From assembly GCA_046484625.1 (NCBI GenBank), contig JAWOIO010000192.1, positions 1,979 through 65,978 of the forward strand: a stretch of 64,000 nucleotides of DNA, read 5' to 3'. The position numbers were made by a program, and so were the translations under genes. This document shows positions 48,501 through 56,014 of the stretch, in pieces. The notes under the pieces were generated by a model, which saw nothing but the letters and a program-made list of their open reading frames with translations, did no database searches and had not been told where the DNA came from. Each line of letters opens with the position of its first letter. The first letter of the stretch is position 1. This DNA comes from Acidimicrobiia bacterium. GTDB taxonomy: Bacteria > Actinomycetota > Acidimicrobiia > IMCC26256 > PALSA-555.

Positions 48501-49816
48501 GTCTCACGCGCGGCCACCTCGAGATCGCGGGCATCACCACCGTCGAGGAGCTGAGTGACCAGCTCGCGATCGCGCCGACGCGGCTCGCGATCGCGCTCGC
48601 GGTGCTCGAGCAGGAGGGAACCGCCCTCCAGGGCCGGTACCGACCCGGCGCCGAAGGACCCGAGTGGGTGGCCCGCCGGCTGCTCGCCCGGATGCACTCG
48701 TACTCGCGCGGCGCGCGGCGCGAGCGGATCGAGCCCGCAACCGCCCAGGACCTCATGCGCTTCCTGCTCCGGTGGCAGCACATCGCGCCCGGAACCCAGC
48801 TCGACGGCACGGCCGGGCTCGTCTCCGTGATCGAGCAGCTCCAGGGCCACGAGGCGCCGGCCGTCGCGTGGGAACCGGAGCTGCTCACCGCCCGGATGCG
48901 CCGGTACGACCCGTCGTGGCTCGACCGGCTCTGCCACGAGGGCCAGGTGGCATGGCTGCGCCTCACCCCCCGCGCCCGGGACGACGCCGACGGCCCGTCG
49001 GGTGCCCCGTCGAAGGCGACCCCCATCACCGTCGTCTTCCGCGACGACCTGCCGTGGTTGCTCGAGGCCGCCCGCGGCGACGCACCGCCCGCCGAGCCCA
49101 CCGTCGGCGCCACCAGCGAGGTCATCGAGACGTTGCGCGCCAGGGGCGCGTGCTTCGCGGGTGATCTCGCCGACGCGACGCGCCGACTCCCCGAGGACAT
49201 CGAGCGCGCGCTCTGGGACGGCGTCGCACGCGGGCTCGTCACCAGCGACGGGTTCGCCTCGATCCGGGCGCGCATGGCCGGCCGACGACGCGCCGACGAC
49301 GCTCGACGGCTGTCGAGGCTCGTCCGGGGCGGCCGCGGCCCGGGTGTGGCGCCGGGGCGTTGGTCGCTCGTCGACGCCCAGAGCCACGACCGGCCGAGCC
49401 GCGACCGGCCGAGCCACGACCGAGAGGAGCTCGCCGAGGCCGTCGCCGAGCAGCTCCTGAACCGCTGGGGCGTCGTGTTCCGCGACCTCGCCGTGCGTGA
49501 CTCGCTGCGGGTCCCGTGGCGCGAGGTGCAGTGGGCGCTGCGGCGGCTCGAGGACCGGGGCCTGGTGCGCGGGGGCCGGTTCGCGACCGGGTTCACCGGC
49601 GAGCAGTACGCGCTCCCGGCGGCCGTCGAGCAGCTCACGCACGTCCGCAAGCAGCCCCGTACCGGGGAGCGGGTCACCGTGAACGCGGCCGACCCGCTCA
49701 ACCTCGTGGGGCCCATCGTGCCCGGACCGACCGTGCCGTCGGTCCGCACGCGGACCGTCACCTACGTCGACGGCGCCGCCACCGACACCCTGGAGGCCCT
49801 GCCCGGCAAAGGGTGA
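45560..49816 (+). CDS. lhr: Lhr-type large ATP-dependent DNA helicase
   Basis: GTG start within ORF 43934..49816. APTGSGKT, VDEIH, SATQ, DEAD/DEAH-box and helicase C motifs, long Lhr-type C-terminal region. 1418 aa. Confidence 0.9.
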   Translation: MTSLGTRPPAAGQLRLGDPRADQDLEPDVPDAGFHPAVAEWFRRRFPDGPTEPQERGWPHIAAGTDTLIAAPTGSGKTLAGFLVCIDRLYRAHTRGEEVADVARVVYVSPLKALAVDIAENLTGPLREIAEIAAELGVDAPDVRVAVRTGDTPASQRAGMLRHPPSFVVTTPESLYLLVTSAKSREMLRTVDTVIVDEIHAVARDKRGAHLALTLERLEALCDVRPVRVGLSATQRPIETVARLLVGARPLPAIVDAGHLRDLDVAIELPDGELEAVISAEQMADVLDRIAALVGEHHTTLVFVNTRRMAERIAHQLGERIGDDVVAAHHGSLSKERRHRIEGRLRAGDLKALVATASLELGIDIGPVELVCQIGSPRSIATFLQRVGRSNHSRAGTPKGRLYPLTRDELVECTALLAAVHAGRLDAIVPSREPLDIAVQHVVAEAAAREWRTDDLFALVRRAAPYTELTRERFDEIIDLASNGIQTGRGRRGAYVFHDAVNGEVRGRKSARIAATTSGGAIPETGDYRVVMEPDDTFIGTVNEDWAVESMAGDIFLLGTHSWQIRRVEAGVVRVRDAGTAAPTIPFWMGEAPARTAELSAEVSELRRRVDEMLDANDPDGARAWLRESAGVSADAAAMIVDYLAVSRAALGAMPTQDRIVLERFFDETGGMQLVIHSPYGGRINRALGLALRKKFCRTFNFELQAAASDDAIVLSLGPHHSFPLEEVPRYVTSAGVEETLRQAILDSPMFLSRWRWNLNRSLVVLRFRNGRRNPPPIQRMESDDLMAAVFPQAAACQENITGPIEIPDHLLVRQTIADTLHEALDVDGVRDLLVGLESGAVATHCVDTTEPSVLAHEILTARPYAFLDDEELQNRRTNAVTLRRGLSVDLASIGVLDPEAVDRVHAEITPEPATADDLHDLVASLVCTPARPEWAALWSELVERGRGQVLDVDRARRWCTTEQVDAARGALAGDDDALIRLTRGHLEIAGITTVEELSDQLAIAPTRLAIALAVLEQEGTALQGRYRPGAEGPEWVARRLLARMHSYSRGARRERIEPATAQDLMRFLLRWQHIAPGTQLDGTAGLVSVIEQLQGHEAPAVAWEPELLTARMRRYDPSWLDRLCHEGQVAWLRLTPRARDDADGPSGAPSKATPITVVFRDDLPWLLEAARGDAPPAEPTVGATSEVIETLRARGACFAGDLADATRRLPEDIERALWDGVARGLVTSDGFASIRARMAGRRRADDARRLSRLVRGGRGPGVAPGRWSLVDAQSHDRPSRDRPSHDREELAEAVAEQLLNRWGVVFRDLAVRDSLRVPWREVQWALRRLEDRGLVRGGRFATGFTGEQYALPAAVEQLTHVRKQPRTGERVTVNAADPLNLVGPIVPGPTVPSVRTRTVTYVDGAATDTLEALPGKG
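49381..49421 (+). repeat. In-frame 15-bp tandem repeat (about 2.7 copies) encoding SHDRP-SRDRP-SHDR in the lhr C-terminal region
   Basis: GAGCCACGACCGGCC / GAGCCGCGACCGGCC / GAGCCACGACC, read directly. Confidence 0.9.
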
Positions 49817-50028
49817 GCCCCGGCCTCGTCGGGACTCGCTCCGACTACTGCCCGAGGCCCGCTGGGCGGCTGCGACGCTCACCGCCGCATTGGGAGCCAC
49901 TCCCGGTCGGTCCAGTGGTCAACTCGCCCGGATTCGCCACGCTCAGTGGCTCATACCACGGAGAGCGTTCTACACTGCCGCTCTGGGCGCCACGGCTCAC
50001 CGAGCCGGGCGGGGAGGTTGGCACGGCG

Positions 50029-50961
50029 ATGGCCGGGCCGCGAGTGATCGGGTCTGACGACGCGGGATCCGGCGCGCCTGCTCCGGCGTCCGCACGGACG
50101 GCGGACTTTGTCCCGAGCGGTCGCTCCAACAACAACGGCGACCCCGACGGCAACGGCCACCCCAACGGCACCACGAACGGCAACGGCGCGGCTCCCACCG
50201 ACGCGGTCATCCGGGTGCTCCACCCCGACTCCCCGACCATCCCGGCCCCGCCCGGACCCGCGCAGCCGATCGCGTGGCTCGCACCCACGGACCCCTCGTT
50301 CGTCGTGTTCCGGGACGACCTGCGCGACGACCTCTACGACGACCTCCTCGACGACCTGGCCGACGACCTACGAGACGACCTCCGGGACGACCTCCGGGAC
50401 GACCTGCGTCAGGTTCTCCGGGTCGACCTGCGCCACGACCTCCGCCAGGATCTCCGAACCGACCTCGATGCGGACCTCGAGGACCTGCGCGAAGACCTGT
50501 ACGAGGAGATCGACGACCTCCGCGACGACGTGTTCCTGGACGGGGATGACAGGCCGGCGACCGTGCTCCCGGCGGCACACTTCCAGACCGGACCCGAGAC
50601 GGAGCGCGCCCGGGCCCACCGAGTCGCGTTCCTCGCGGCATCGGTGCTGACCCTCATGATGATCGCCGCGATCGTGCTCCTGTGGCAGCGCGCCGAAACC
50701 GCTCAGATCATCGCGGCGCGCCCGGAGGCGCCCGTCGTCGCCCCACCCGATCTCGACAACGCCATCGCCAACGTCGAGCGCCTCGACCAGCAACTCCTCG
50801 GGCTCCTCTCCGTCAGCGCATCACCCGCGGCGCCCAGCGATGTCGCGGTGCAGATCGAAGCGCTTCGCGTCGAGCTCGCCAGCGTGCGCGGATGCCTGCT
50901 GGCCGTGCGACGCGCGGTCGACGACGGCGTCGACACCGCGACGGCCATCGAGTACTGCTGA
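50029..50961 (+). CDS. Hypothetical single-pass membrane protein with N-terminal Asn/Gly-rich segment and long acidic DDLRx pentad-repeat region
   Basis: ATG preceded by GGGGAGG. About 20 consecutive 5-residue units (DDLRD, DDLYD, DDLLD, DDLAD...), TM helix VAFLAASVLTLMMIAAIVLLW, helical C-terminal ectodomain. Confidence 0.6.
   Translation: MAGPRVIGSDDAGSGAPAPASARTADFVPSGRSNNNGDPDGNGHPNGTTNGNGAAPTDAVIRVLHPDSPTIPAPPGPAQPIAWLAPTDPSFVVFRDDLRDDLYDDLLDDLADDLRDDLRDDLRDDLRQVLRVDLRHDLRQDLRTDLDADLEDLREDLYEEIDDLRDDVFLDGDDRPATVLPAAHFQTGPETERARAHRVAFLAASVLTLMMIAAIVLLWQRAETAQIIAARPEAPVVAPPDLDNAIANVERLDQQLLGLLSVSASPAAPSDVAVQIEALRVELASVRGCLLAVRRAVDDGVDTATAIEYC
50311..50530 (+). repeat. Degenerate 15-bp periodic coding repeat (GACGACCTNCGNGAC-like)
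   Basis: Units GACGACCTCCGG/GACGACCTGCGC recur. The region is stop-free in at least five reading frames (overlapping ORFs in three + frames and two - frames), which explains the overlapping track ORFs. Confidence 0.85.
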
Positions 50962-51009
50962 CCAGATCACCTCGGGGTCCGTCGACCCTGAACCGAGCCC
51001 GAACAGCCG

Positions 51010-52380
51010 CTACAAGTTGCCGCGACGCCACGGACCCCAGATCGCGTACGTCCGGCTCCTCGGCTCGTCGCCGGCGAGCTGCTCCGCGAGCGTGTTGGCG
51101 AACAGGTAGTCGCCGTCGGGGCTCCAGCACGCGCCGGCCCACTCCTTGGCGTCGACCAGGTTCAACGCGAAGTCGAAGACGACGCCGTCGCGGGTCAGTC
51201 CCTTGAGGTACTGGTCCGACATCGCCCGGCCGGGCAGCACGCGCGCCGTGTCCTCGCAGAGGACGGTGCCGCCTCGAGGCGAGACGACGATGTTGTCCGG
51301 GAACGACAGGATCGTCGGGTCGGGCGACTCGAACACCAGCGTCAGCGTCCCGCCCGCGTCGCCCTTCGGCCGGTAGGACCACACCTGACCGTGGAGGGCG
51401 TCGCCACCGTCGGTCGCGGTGAAGAAGACCCGACCGCGGTCGAACACCGTGCCCTCGGTGCGGCGGAAGATCGCCCCACCCCCGGCGATTCCCTCCTCGT
51501 ACACGGCCTTGCCCCCGAGGGGCGGGTCGGGCTCGGTGATGTCGACCCACTTCACCGGGAGCGCCGTGCCGACGGTCTGCCCGGTGCGAGTGTCGTAGCC
51601 GTCGGTCCCCCGCACCTTGAGCATCTGGAGGGTTCCCGCGGCGAGCTTCCCCTTGCGAGCCGGGACGAAGCGATAGAAGCCGGAGTCGCCCGCGTCCTCG
51701 GTCATGTAGACGATGCCGGTGCGCGGGTCGACGCACGCGGCCTCGTGGGTGAACCGCCCGAGCGCGGTGAGCGGCTCGGGATCGACCGGCCTGTTCGCGG
51801 CCGCAGGGACCTCGAACACGTACCCGTGGTTCGCGCCGAAGTCCGGGGTCCCCGCGGTGGTCTCTTCACAGCTGAGCCAGCTCTTCCATGGCGTGATCCC
51901 GCCCGCGCAGTTGGTGTGCGTGCCGCTCAAGCTGACGAAGTCGCGCACCACGCTCGGGATCCCGTCGCGATCGAACGCGATCTCGAGGGTGGTCGTCCTA
52001 CCGGGCGACAACGGGTCGTACGCCTTCGCGGCGTCGAGCGGTGGCGCCACCCCGGCACCGTCTCGCACCTCGTGGTTGCGGACGAGCCGGACGCGTCCCT
52101 TCTTCCCGGCGAAGCACCCCATCCCGTCGTGGGCGTTGGGGGTGATGTTCCCGTCGGTCATCGTGGAGCCCGCCACCCCGAAGACCGCGTACTCGAACCC
52201 CTTCGGGAGCGCGAGCCACTCGATCCCGCCGTCGACCCCGTCGGCCACCGACGTCGGGAGCGCCGGGGCGAGCGGGCCGTACTTCGACACTGCGGGTTGT
52301 GGTCGGACCGACGCACCCGCGAGGCTGCGCCCCAGCAGGCTCCCGAGGGAACCGGAGAGCCCGGCCCCGGCCGCCATCAT
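51010..52380 (-). CDS. phoX: PhoX-like / DUF839 beta-propeller phosphatase; true start probably upstream (to about 52422)
   Basis: NAHDGMGCF, NCAGGITPWKSWLSCEE, GYVFEV, RFTHEA, PDNI motifs of the PhoX family. In-frame upstream codons encode REIDRRRFLTGSA, a Tat motif, but contain no ATG/GTG/TTG. Confidence 0.8.
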   Translation of the reverse strand: MMAAGAGLSGSLGSLLGRSLAGASVRPQPAVSKYGPLAPALPTSVADGVDGGIEWLALPKGFEYAVFGVAGSTMTDGNITPNAHDGMGCFAGKKGRVRLVRNHEVRDGAGVAPPLDAAKAYDPLSPGRTTTLEIAFDRDGIPSVVRDFVSLSGTHTNCAGGITPWKSWLSCEETTAGTPDFGANHGYVFEVPAAANRPVDPEPLTALGRFTHEAACVDPRTGIVYMTEDAGDSGFYRFVPARKGKLAAGTLQMLKVRGTDGYDTRTGQTVGTALPVKWVDITEPDPPLGGKAVYEEGIAGGGAIFRRTEGTVFDRGRVFFTATDGGDALHGQVWSYRPKGDAGGTLTLVFESPDPTILSFPDNIVVSPRGGTVLCEDTARVLPGRAMSDQYLKGLTRDGVVFDFALNLVDAKEWAGACWSPDGDYLFANTLAEQLAGDEPRSRTYAIWGPWRRGNL

Positions 52381-52426
52381 CGCCGAACCCGTGAGGAACC
52401 TCCGGCGGTCGATCTCGCGCGTGCTG

Positions 52427-52579
52427 CTACCCCTTCGACGTGGTGGTCGTGGGCGGCTCGAACGACGTGCGCGACGGCGCGTCGTCGGCCAGCTGGAGTC
52501 CGGCGATCCCCGCGATCACCGCGATGCCGAGGCACGCGACGAGCACGGCCCGTCGTTTCGACCCCGACTCGTCCGGCAC
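52427..52579 (-). CDS. Possible 50-aa single-TM upstream ORF ending 4 nt before the putative PhoX non-canonical start
   Basis: GTG start. KRRAVLVACLGIAVIAGIAGL TM helix. It is the tail of an otherwise antisense track ORF. Weak support. Confidence 0.25.
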   Translation of the reverse strand: MPDESGSKRRAVLVACLGIAVIAGIAGLQLADDAPSRTSFEPPTTTTSKG

Positions 52580-52618
52580 GGCAGTCAGTATGGTCGCTGG
52601 CCTCGGTAGGGTCCGTGC

Positions 52619-53545
52619 ATGCCCTACACCACGGCCAGCATCCCCGACCTGCACGGCCGTGTCGCGGTCGTCACTGGCGCCAACGGAGGGTTGGGGCTGT
52701 CGACGGCAAAGGCCTTCGCCGGCGCCGGCGCCCATGTCGTGATGGCCGCCCGCGACCAGGCCAAGGCCGCCTCGGCCCGGGACGAGATCCTCACCGCCGT
52801 ACCCACCGCCTCGCTGGAAGTGGTCGAGCTCGATCTGGCGTCGCTCGCATCGGTCGAGCAGGGCGCGCGTAGCGTCCTGTCGTCGCACGAGGAGATCCAC
52901 GTGCTCGTGAACAACGCCGGCCTCATGGCGATGCCCGAACGCGCGACAGTCGACGGGTTCGAGATGCAGCTCGGCGTCAACCATCTCGGGCACTGGGCGC
53001 TGACCGCGCGGCTCATGCCCGCGCTGCTGCGGGCCGACGCCGCCCGCGTCGTCACGGTCACGAGCACCGCGCGACATCTGGGACGTGCCCTGCACGCCGA
53101 CAACCCCCATCTGCACGGACGGTACAAGCCGTGGCGGGCCTACGGGCAGTCGAAGCTCGCCAACTGGCACTTCGCGCTCGGTCTCCAACGGGAGTTCGAT
53201 CGGGTGGGGATCGCGGCCACGAGCCTCGTGGCCCACCCCGGCCTGACGAACACCGACCTCCAGGCCCGCACGGTGCGGGAGGGCGGCGGAGGCGCGGCCG
53301 CGGGGTTCTTCCACCGATTGACCGGCATGGCCGGCATGACCCCCGACCGCGGCGCCCTGCCCCAGATCCGAGCCGCGACCGACCCGTTGGCGAAGGGCGG
53401 CCAGCTCTACGCCCCGCGTTTCGTCAACCGCGGTGCCGCCGTCCGTCGTCCGGTGCTGCGCCGCCTCGGCCTGTCCCAGGCCATCGCGACCTTGTGGGCG
53501 GTCTCCGAACGAGAGACCGGGCTCGCCCTCGACATCTACGCGTGA
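52619..53545 (+). CDS. Short-chain dehydrogenase/reductase (retinol-dehydrogenase-like classical SDR)
   Basis: VAVVTGANGGLG, NNAG, Y.QSKLAN catalytic motif. 308 aa. Confidence 0.85.
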   Translation: MPYTTASIPDLHGRVAVVTGANGGLGLSTAKAFAGAGAHVVMAARDQAKAASARDEILTAVPTASLEVVELDLASLASVEQGARSVLSSHEEIHVLVNNAGLMAMPERATVDGFEMQLGVNHLGHWALTARLMPALLRADAARVVTVTSTARHLGRALHADNPHLHGRYKPWRAYGQSKLANWHFALGLQREFDRVGIAATSLVAHPGLTNTDLQARTVREGGGGAAAGFFHRLTGMAGMTPDRGALPQIRAATDPLAKGGQLYAPRFVNRGAAVRRPVLRRLGLSQAIATLWAVSERETGLALDIYA

Positions 53546-54273
53546 CGCCGCCCGCCGCGATCCCGCTCGCGCTCTGGACGACTCCGCGCAGCGTCTCCAC
53601 CGCGTTCGAACGGATGATGATGGAGCGCGGTGACCTGACCGTCCTCCACGAGCCGTTCTCCGAGCACTACTACTACGGCCCGGAGAAGCGCTCCGACCGA
53701 TACGACGACGTGCATCCCGAGGCGACACCTTCGCGGATCCTGGGCGCGATCCAGCGCGCGGGCGGCGGGCGGCGCGTCTTCCTCAAGGACATGGCGAGCC
53801 ACGTGCGAACGCTCGTGACCCCCGAATTCGTCGCGAAGTTCGAGCACTCGTTCCTCATCCGCGACCCTGCGTGGGCGCTCCCTTCACTCGAAGCGAAGTG
53901 GCCCGCCTTCTCCGACGAGGAAGCCGGCTACGGGGCGCTCGAAGACCTGGTGGACGCGGTGAGTGCATCGGGCAGGCACCCGGTCATCATCGACAGCTAC
54001 GACCTGCGCACGGACCCTACCGGGACCATCGCCGGCTATTGCGCCGCGGTGGGGATCCCGTTCCTCGCCGAGGCCCTGGAATGGTCCCCCGGGATGCCCG
54101 CGTCCTGGGAGACCTGGGAGGAGTGGCACCACGACGTCGCCGCGAGCGACGGCTTCCGCCCGCGCGCCCCGGGCCCACCGCCCGCCCTCGGACCACGCGC
54201 GGCCGCGGTGTACGACGACTGCCGCACCGTCTACGACCGCCTCTGGCCGAACCGGTTGCGGGCCACGCCCTGA
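53542..54273 (+). CDS. Sulfotransferase-like P-loop protein
   Basis: GTGA overlap with the SDR stop. LWTTPRSVSTAFERMM resembles the 5'-PSB loop of PAPS-dependent sulfotransferases. 243 aa. Confidence 0.5.
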   Translation: MTPPAAIPLALWTTPRSVSTAFERMMMERGDLTVLHEPFSEHYYYGPEKRSDRYDDVHPEATPSRILGAIQRAGGGRRVFLKDMASHVRTLVTPEFVAKFEHSFLIRDPAWALPSLEAKWPAFSDEEAGYGALEDLVDAVSASGRHPVIIDSYDLRTDPTGTIAGYCAAVGIPFLAEALEWSPGMPASWETWEEWHHDVAASDGFRPRAPGPPPALGPRAAAVYDDCRTVYDRLWPNRLRATP

Positions 54274-54289
54274 CCGGTCCGCCGACGAC

Positions 54290-56014
54290 TCAGCGAACCG
54301 ACGGGAGCGGCTCGTAGTCGGGTGCCACCTCGGCCGCGGGCCGCTCGTCGTAGAACGAGACCGCACCCTTCCGGACGAACGCCTTCGTCGGGCGCTTGGG
54401 CAGGTCGCCGGGGAGGTAGCGCTTGCCCCCGTCCACGTACTGGTACATCCCGGCTCCCTCGTCGCCGTTCTCGTCGACGCCCCGCTCCTTGGGGTCCCAC
54501 CAGATCTCGGTGACATCGTCGACCCCGTTCGTGTCCGGCTCGAGGTCCTTGGGCCAGATCTTCTTCTTGCCGTACCCGAGGGAGACCGTGGTGATGCCGC
54601 CGCGCGCCGTCGGTTCACTCTCGAGCAGTGTGTTGTAGAAGCGCTTCGGGGTCAGGTCGGGTCCCACGCCCTGCACGACCGAGTAGAAGACACCCGGCCA
54701 TGGCTGGATGAGCGGCACCTGCTCGTCCGCCGGAGGCCGCTCGCCCACGAACCAGTTGTAGAGGTGGTAGCCACCGCCGATCGTCGGGTCGGCCTTCGCG
54801 GCCGACTCGCTCATCCCGAACGCGTTGGCCCACTGCGCCTGGTCGTAGGTGCGCGCGAACGCGTTCGTGTCGACGAGCGCGACGCTCGAGATGATCCACT
54901 CCGGGAAGTACTCCTGGGCAGTGGCCTCCTGGGTGAAGTCCTTCGGTGCGATCGGGTCGGTCGCCATGATCACGCTGGTGATGCCGTTGACCTTCAGGCG
55001 GCCGATGATCGTCGCGGCCTGCTCCTGGATCGTGGCAGGGTCGAGCGTGTACGGGATGACGTCGGCGAGCTCCACGCCGTACTCGTCCTTCAGCTCGGCC
55101 TCGAAGCGCTCGGCGGTCTCCGTCGAGCTCTCGGAGGTCTCGATGTAGATCATCGCGAACTTGCGTTCGTCCTTCGCGAAGTCGGGTGAATGCGCGGCCT
55201 TGCGTCCGGCGAGCTGCTTGCCGATGTACTCGGCGAGCTGGATGCGGCTCTGCACCGCGCCCTTCCCGATGCCCAGCACATAGGGCGCGCGCTCCTTCGC
55301 GAACGCGTTGGTCACACCCCCGAGCGAGAGCCAGGGGATCCCGCGGGCCGCGAGCTCCTCGCCGAACTGCTCGCCCGCGAGGGTCGGATTGCCCCAGACC
55401 ATGAACGGCTTGATGTCCTCGGCGATCTGCGCGGCCTGCGCGCGCGCCTGGACGGCATCTGCGGAGCCACTCGAGTTCTCGACGACCACGAGCTCCACCG
55501 ACCGGCCGTAGGTCTCGTAGTAGGTCTCGTACATCGCCAGGAGCCCTTCCATCGTGGCGACCTGGTCGGCGTTCGTGTCGTCGTAGTTCAGCGGGCCCCG
55601 GATGTAGCGGAGGATGGCATCGTCGTTCTTGTCGAGGAACCACACGATCTTGATCGAGTCCTCGGTGACGCCCGTCGCGGTCTCCCCGCCGTTGTCGCCC
55701 GTGAACGGCGCGTGGCACTCGGCCGCGTAGAAGTAGGGAATGGCGACGGTCCCCCGCTCGGTGTCGCACCGGTCGCCCCAGTCGACGTCGACGCCGAGGT
55801 CCTCGGCGGTCGAGAACGACACGGCGTCCTCGCCCGGCACGGGATCACGGGCAACGCGCTGCCCCGCGGAGCCGGCCGTCGCCCCCGCGACCACCAACGC
55901 GCACGCGAGGAGGATCGCGATGATCGATGGCGACCGCCGCCGCGAGCGCCGGGTCCGGCCTCGACCCCGACCTGGCCCACCGCCGACGGTGTTCGCTGCA
56001 CCCGCGTCATTCAT
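54290..56014 (-). CDS. ABC transporter substrate-binding protein (Liv/amide-type PBP1), unusually long
   Basis: Arg-rich N-terminus plus a TM/signal segment (SIIAILLACALVVAGATAG), periplasmic-binding-protein fold pattern, about 570 aa. The start ATG 56014 overlaps the ATPase gene end. Confidence 0.75.
   Translation of the reverse strand: MNDAGAANTVGGGPGRGRGRTRRSRRRSPSIIAILLACALVVAGATAGSAGQRVARDPVPGEDAVSFSTAEDLGVDVDWGDRCDTERGTVAIPYFYAAECHAPFTGDNGGETATGVTEDSIKIVWFLDKNDDAILRYIRGPLNYDDTNADQVATMEGLLAMYETYYETYGRSVELVVVENSSGSADAVQARAQAAQIAEDIKPFMVWGNPTLAGEQFGEELAARGIPWLSLGGVTNAFAKERAPYVLGIGKGAVQSRIQLAEYIGKQLAGRKAAHSPDFAKDERKFAMIYIETSESSTETAERFEAELKDEYGVELADVIPYTLDPATIQEQAATIIGRLKVNGITSVIMATDPIAPKDFTQEATAQEYFPEWIISSVALVDTNAFARTYDQAQWANAFGMSESAAKADPTIGGGYHLYNWFVGERPPADEQVPLIQPWPGVFYSVVQGVGPDLTPKRFYNTLLESEPTARGGITTVSLGYGKKKIWPKDLEPDTNGVDDVTEIWWDPKERGVDENGDEGAGMYQYVDGGKRYLPGDLPKRPTKAFVRKGAVSFYDERPAAEVAPDYEPLPSVR

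Noticed and set aside
47816-49900. 694-aa and 591-aa minus-strand ORFs inside lhr.
   Set aside because: They are antisense to a strongly supported helicase gene, with low-complexity Arg/Gly/Pro composition. I treat them as GC artefacts.
50108-50793. Five overlapping ORFs in other frames and on the other strand across the DDLRx repeat region.
   Set aside because: The 15-bp periodic GAC/CTC/CGG repeat is stop-free in at least five reading frames. Only the frame continuous with the SD-preceded ATG, the TM helix and the C-terminal domain is coherent.
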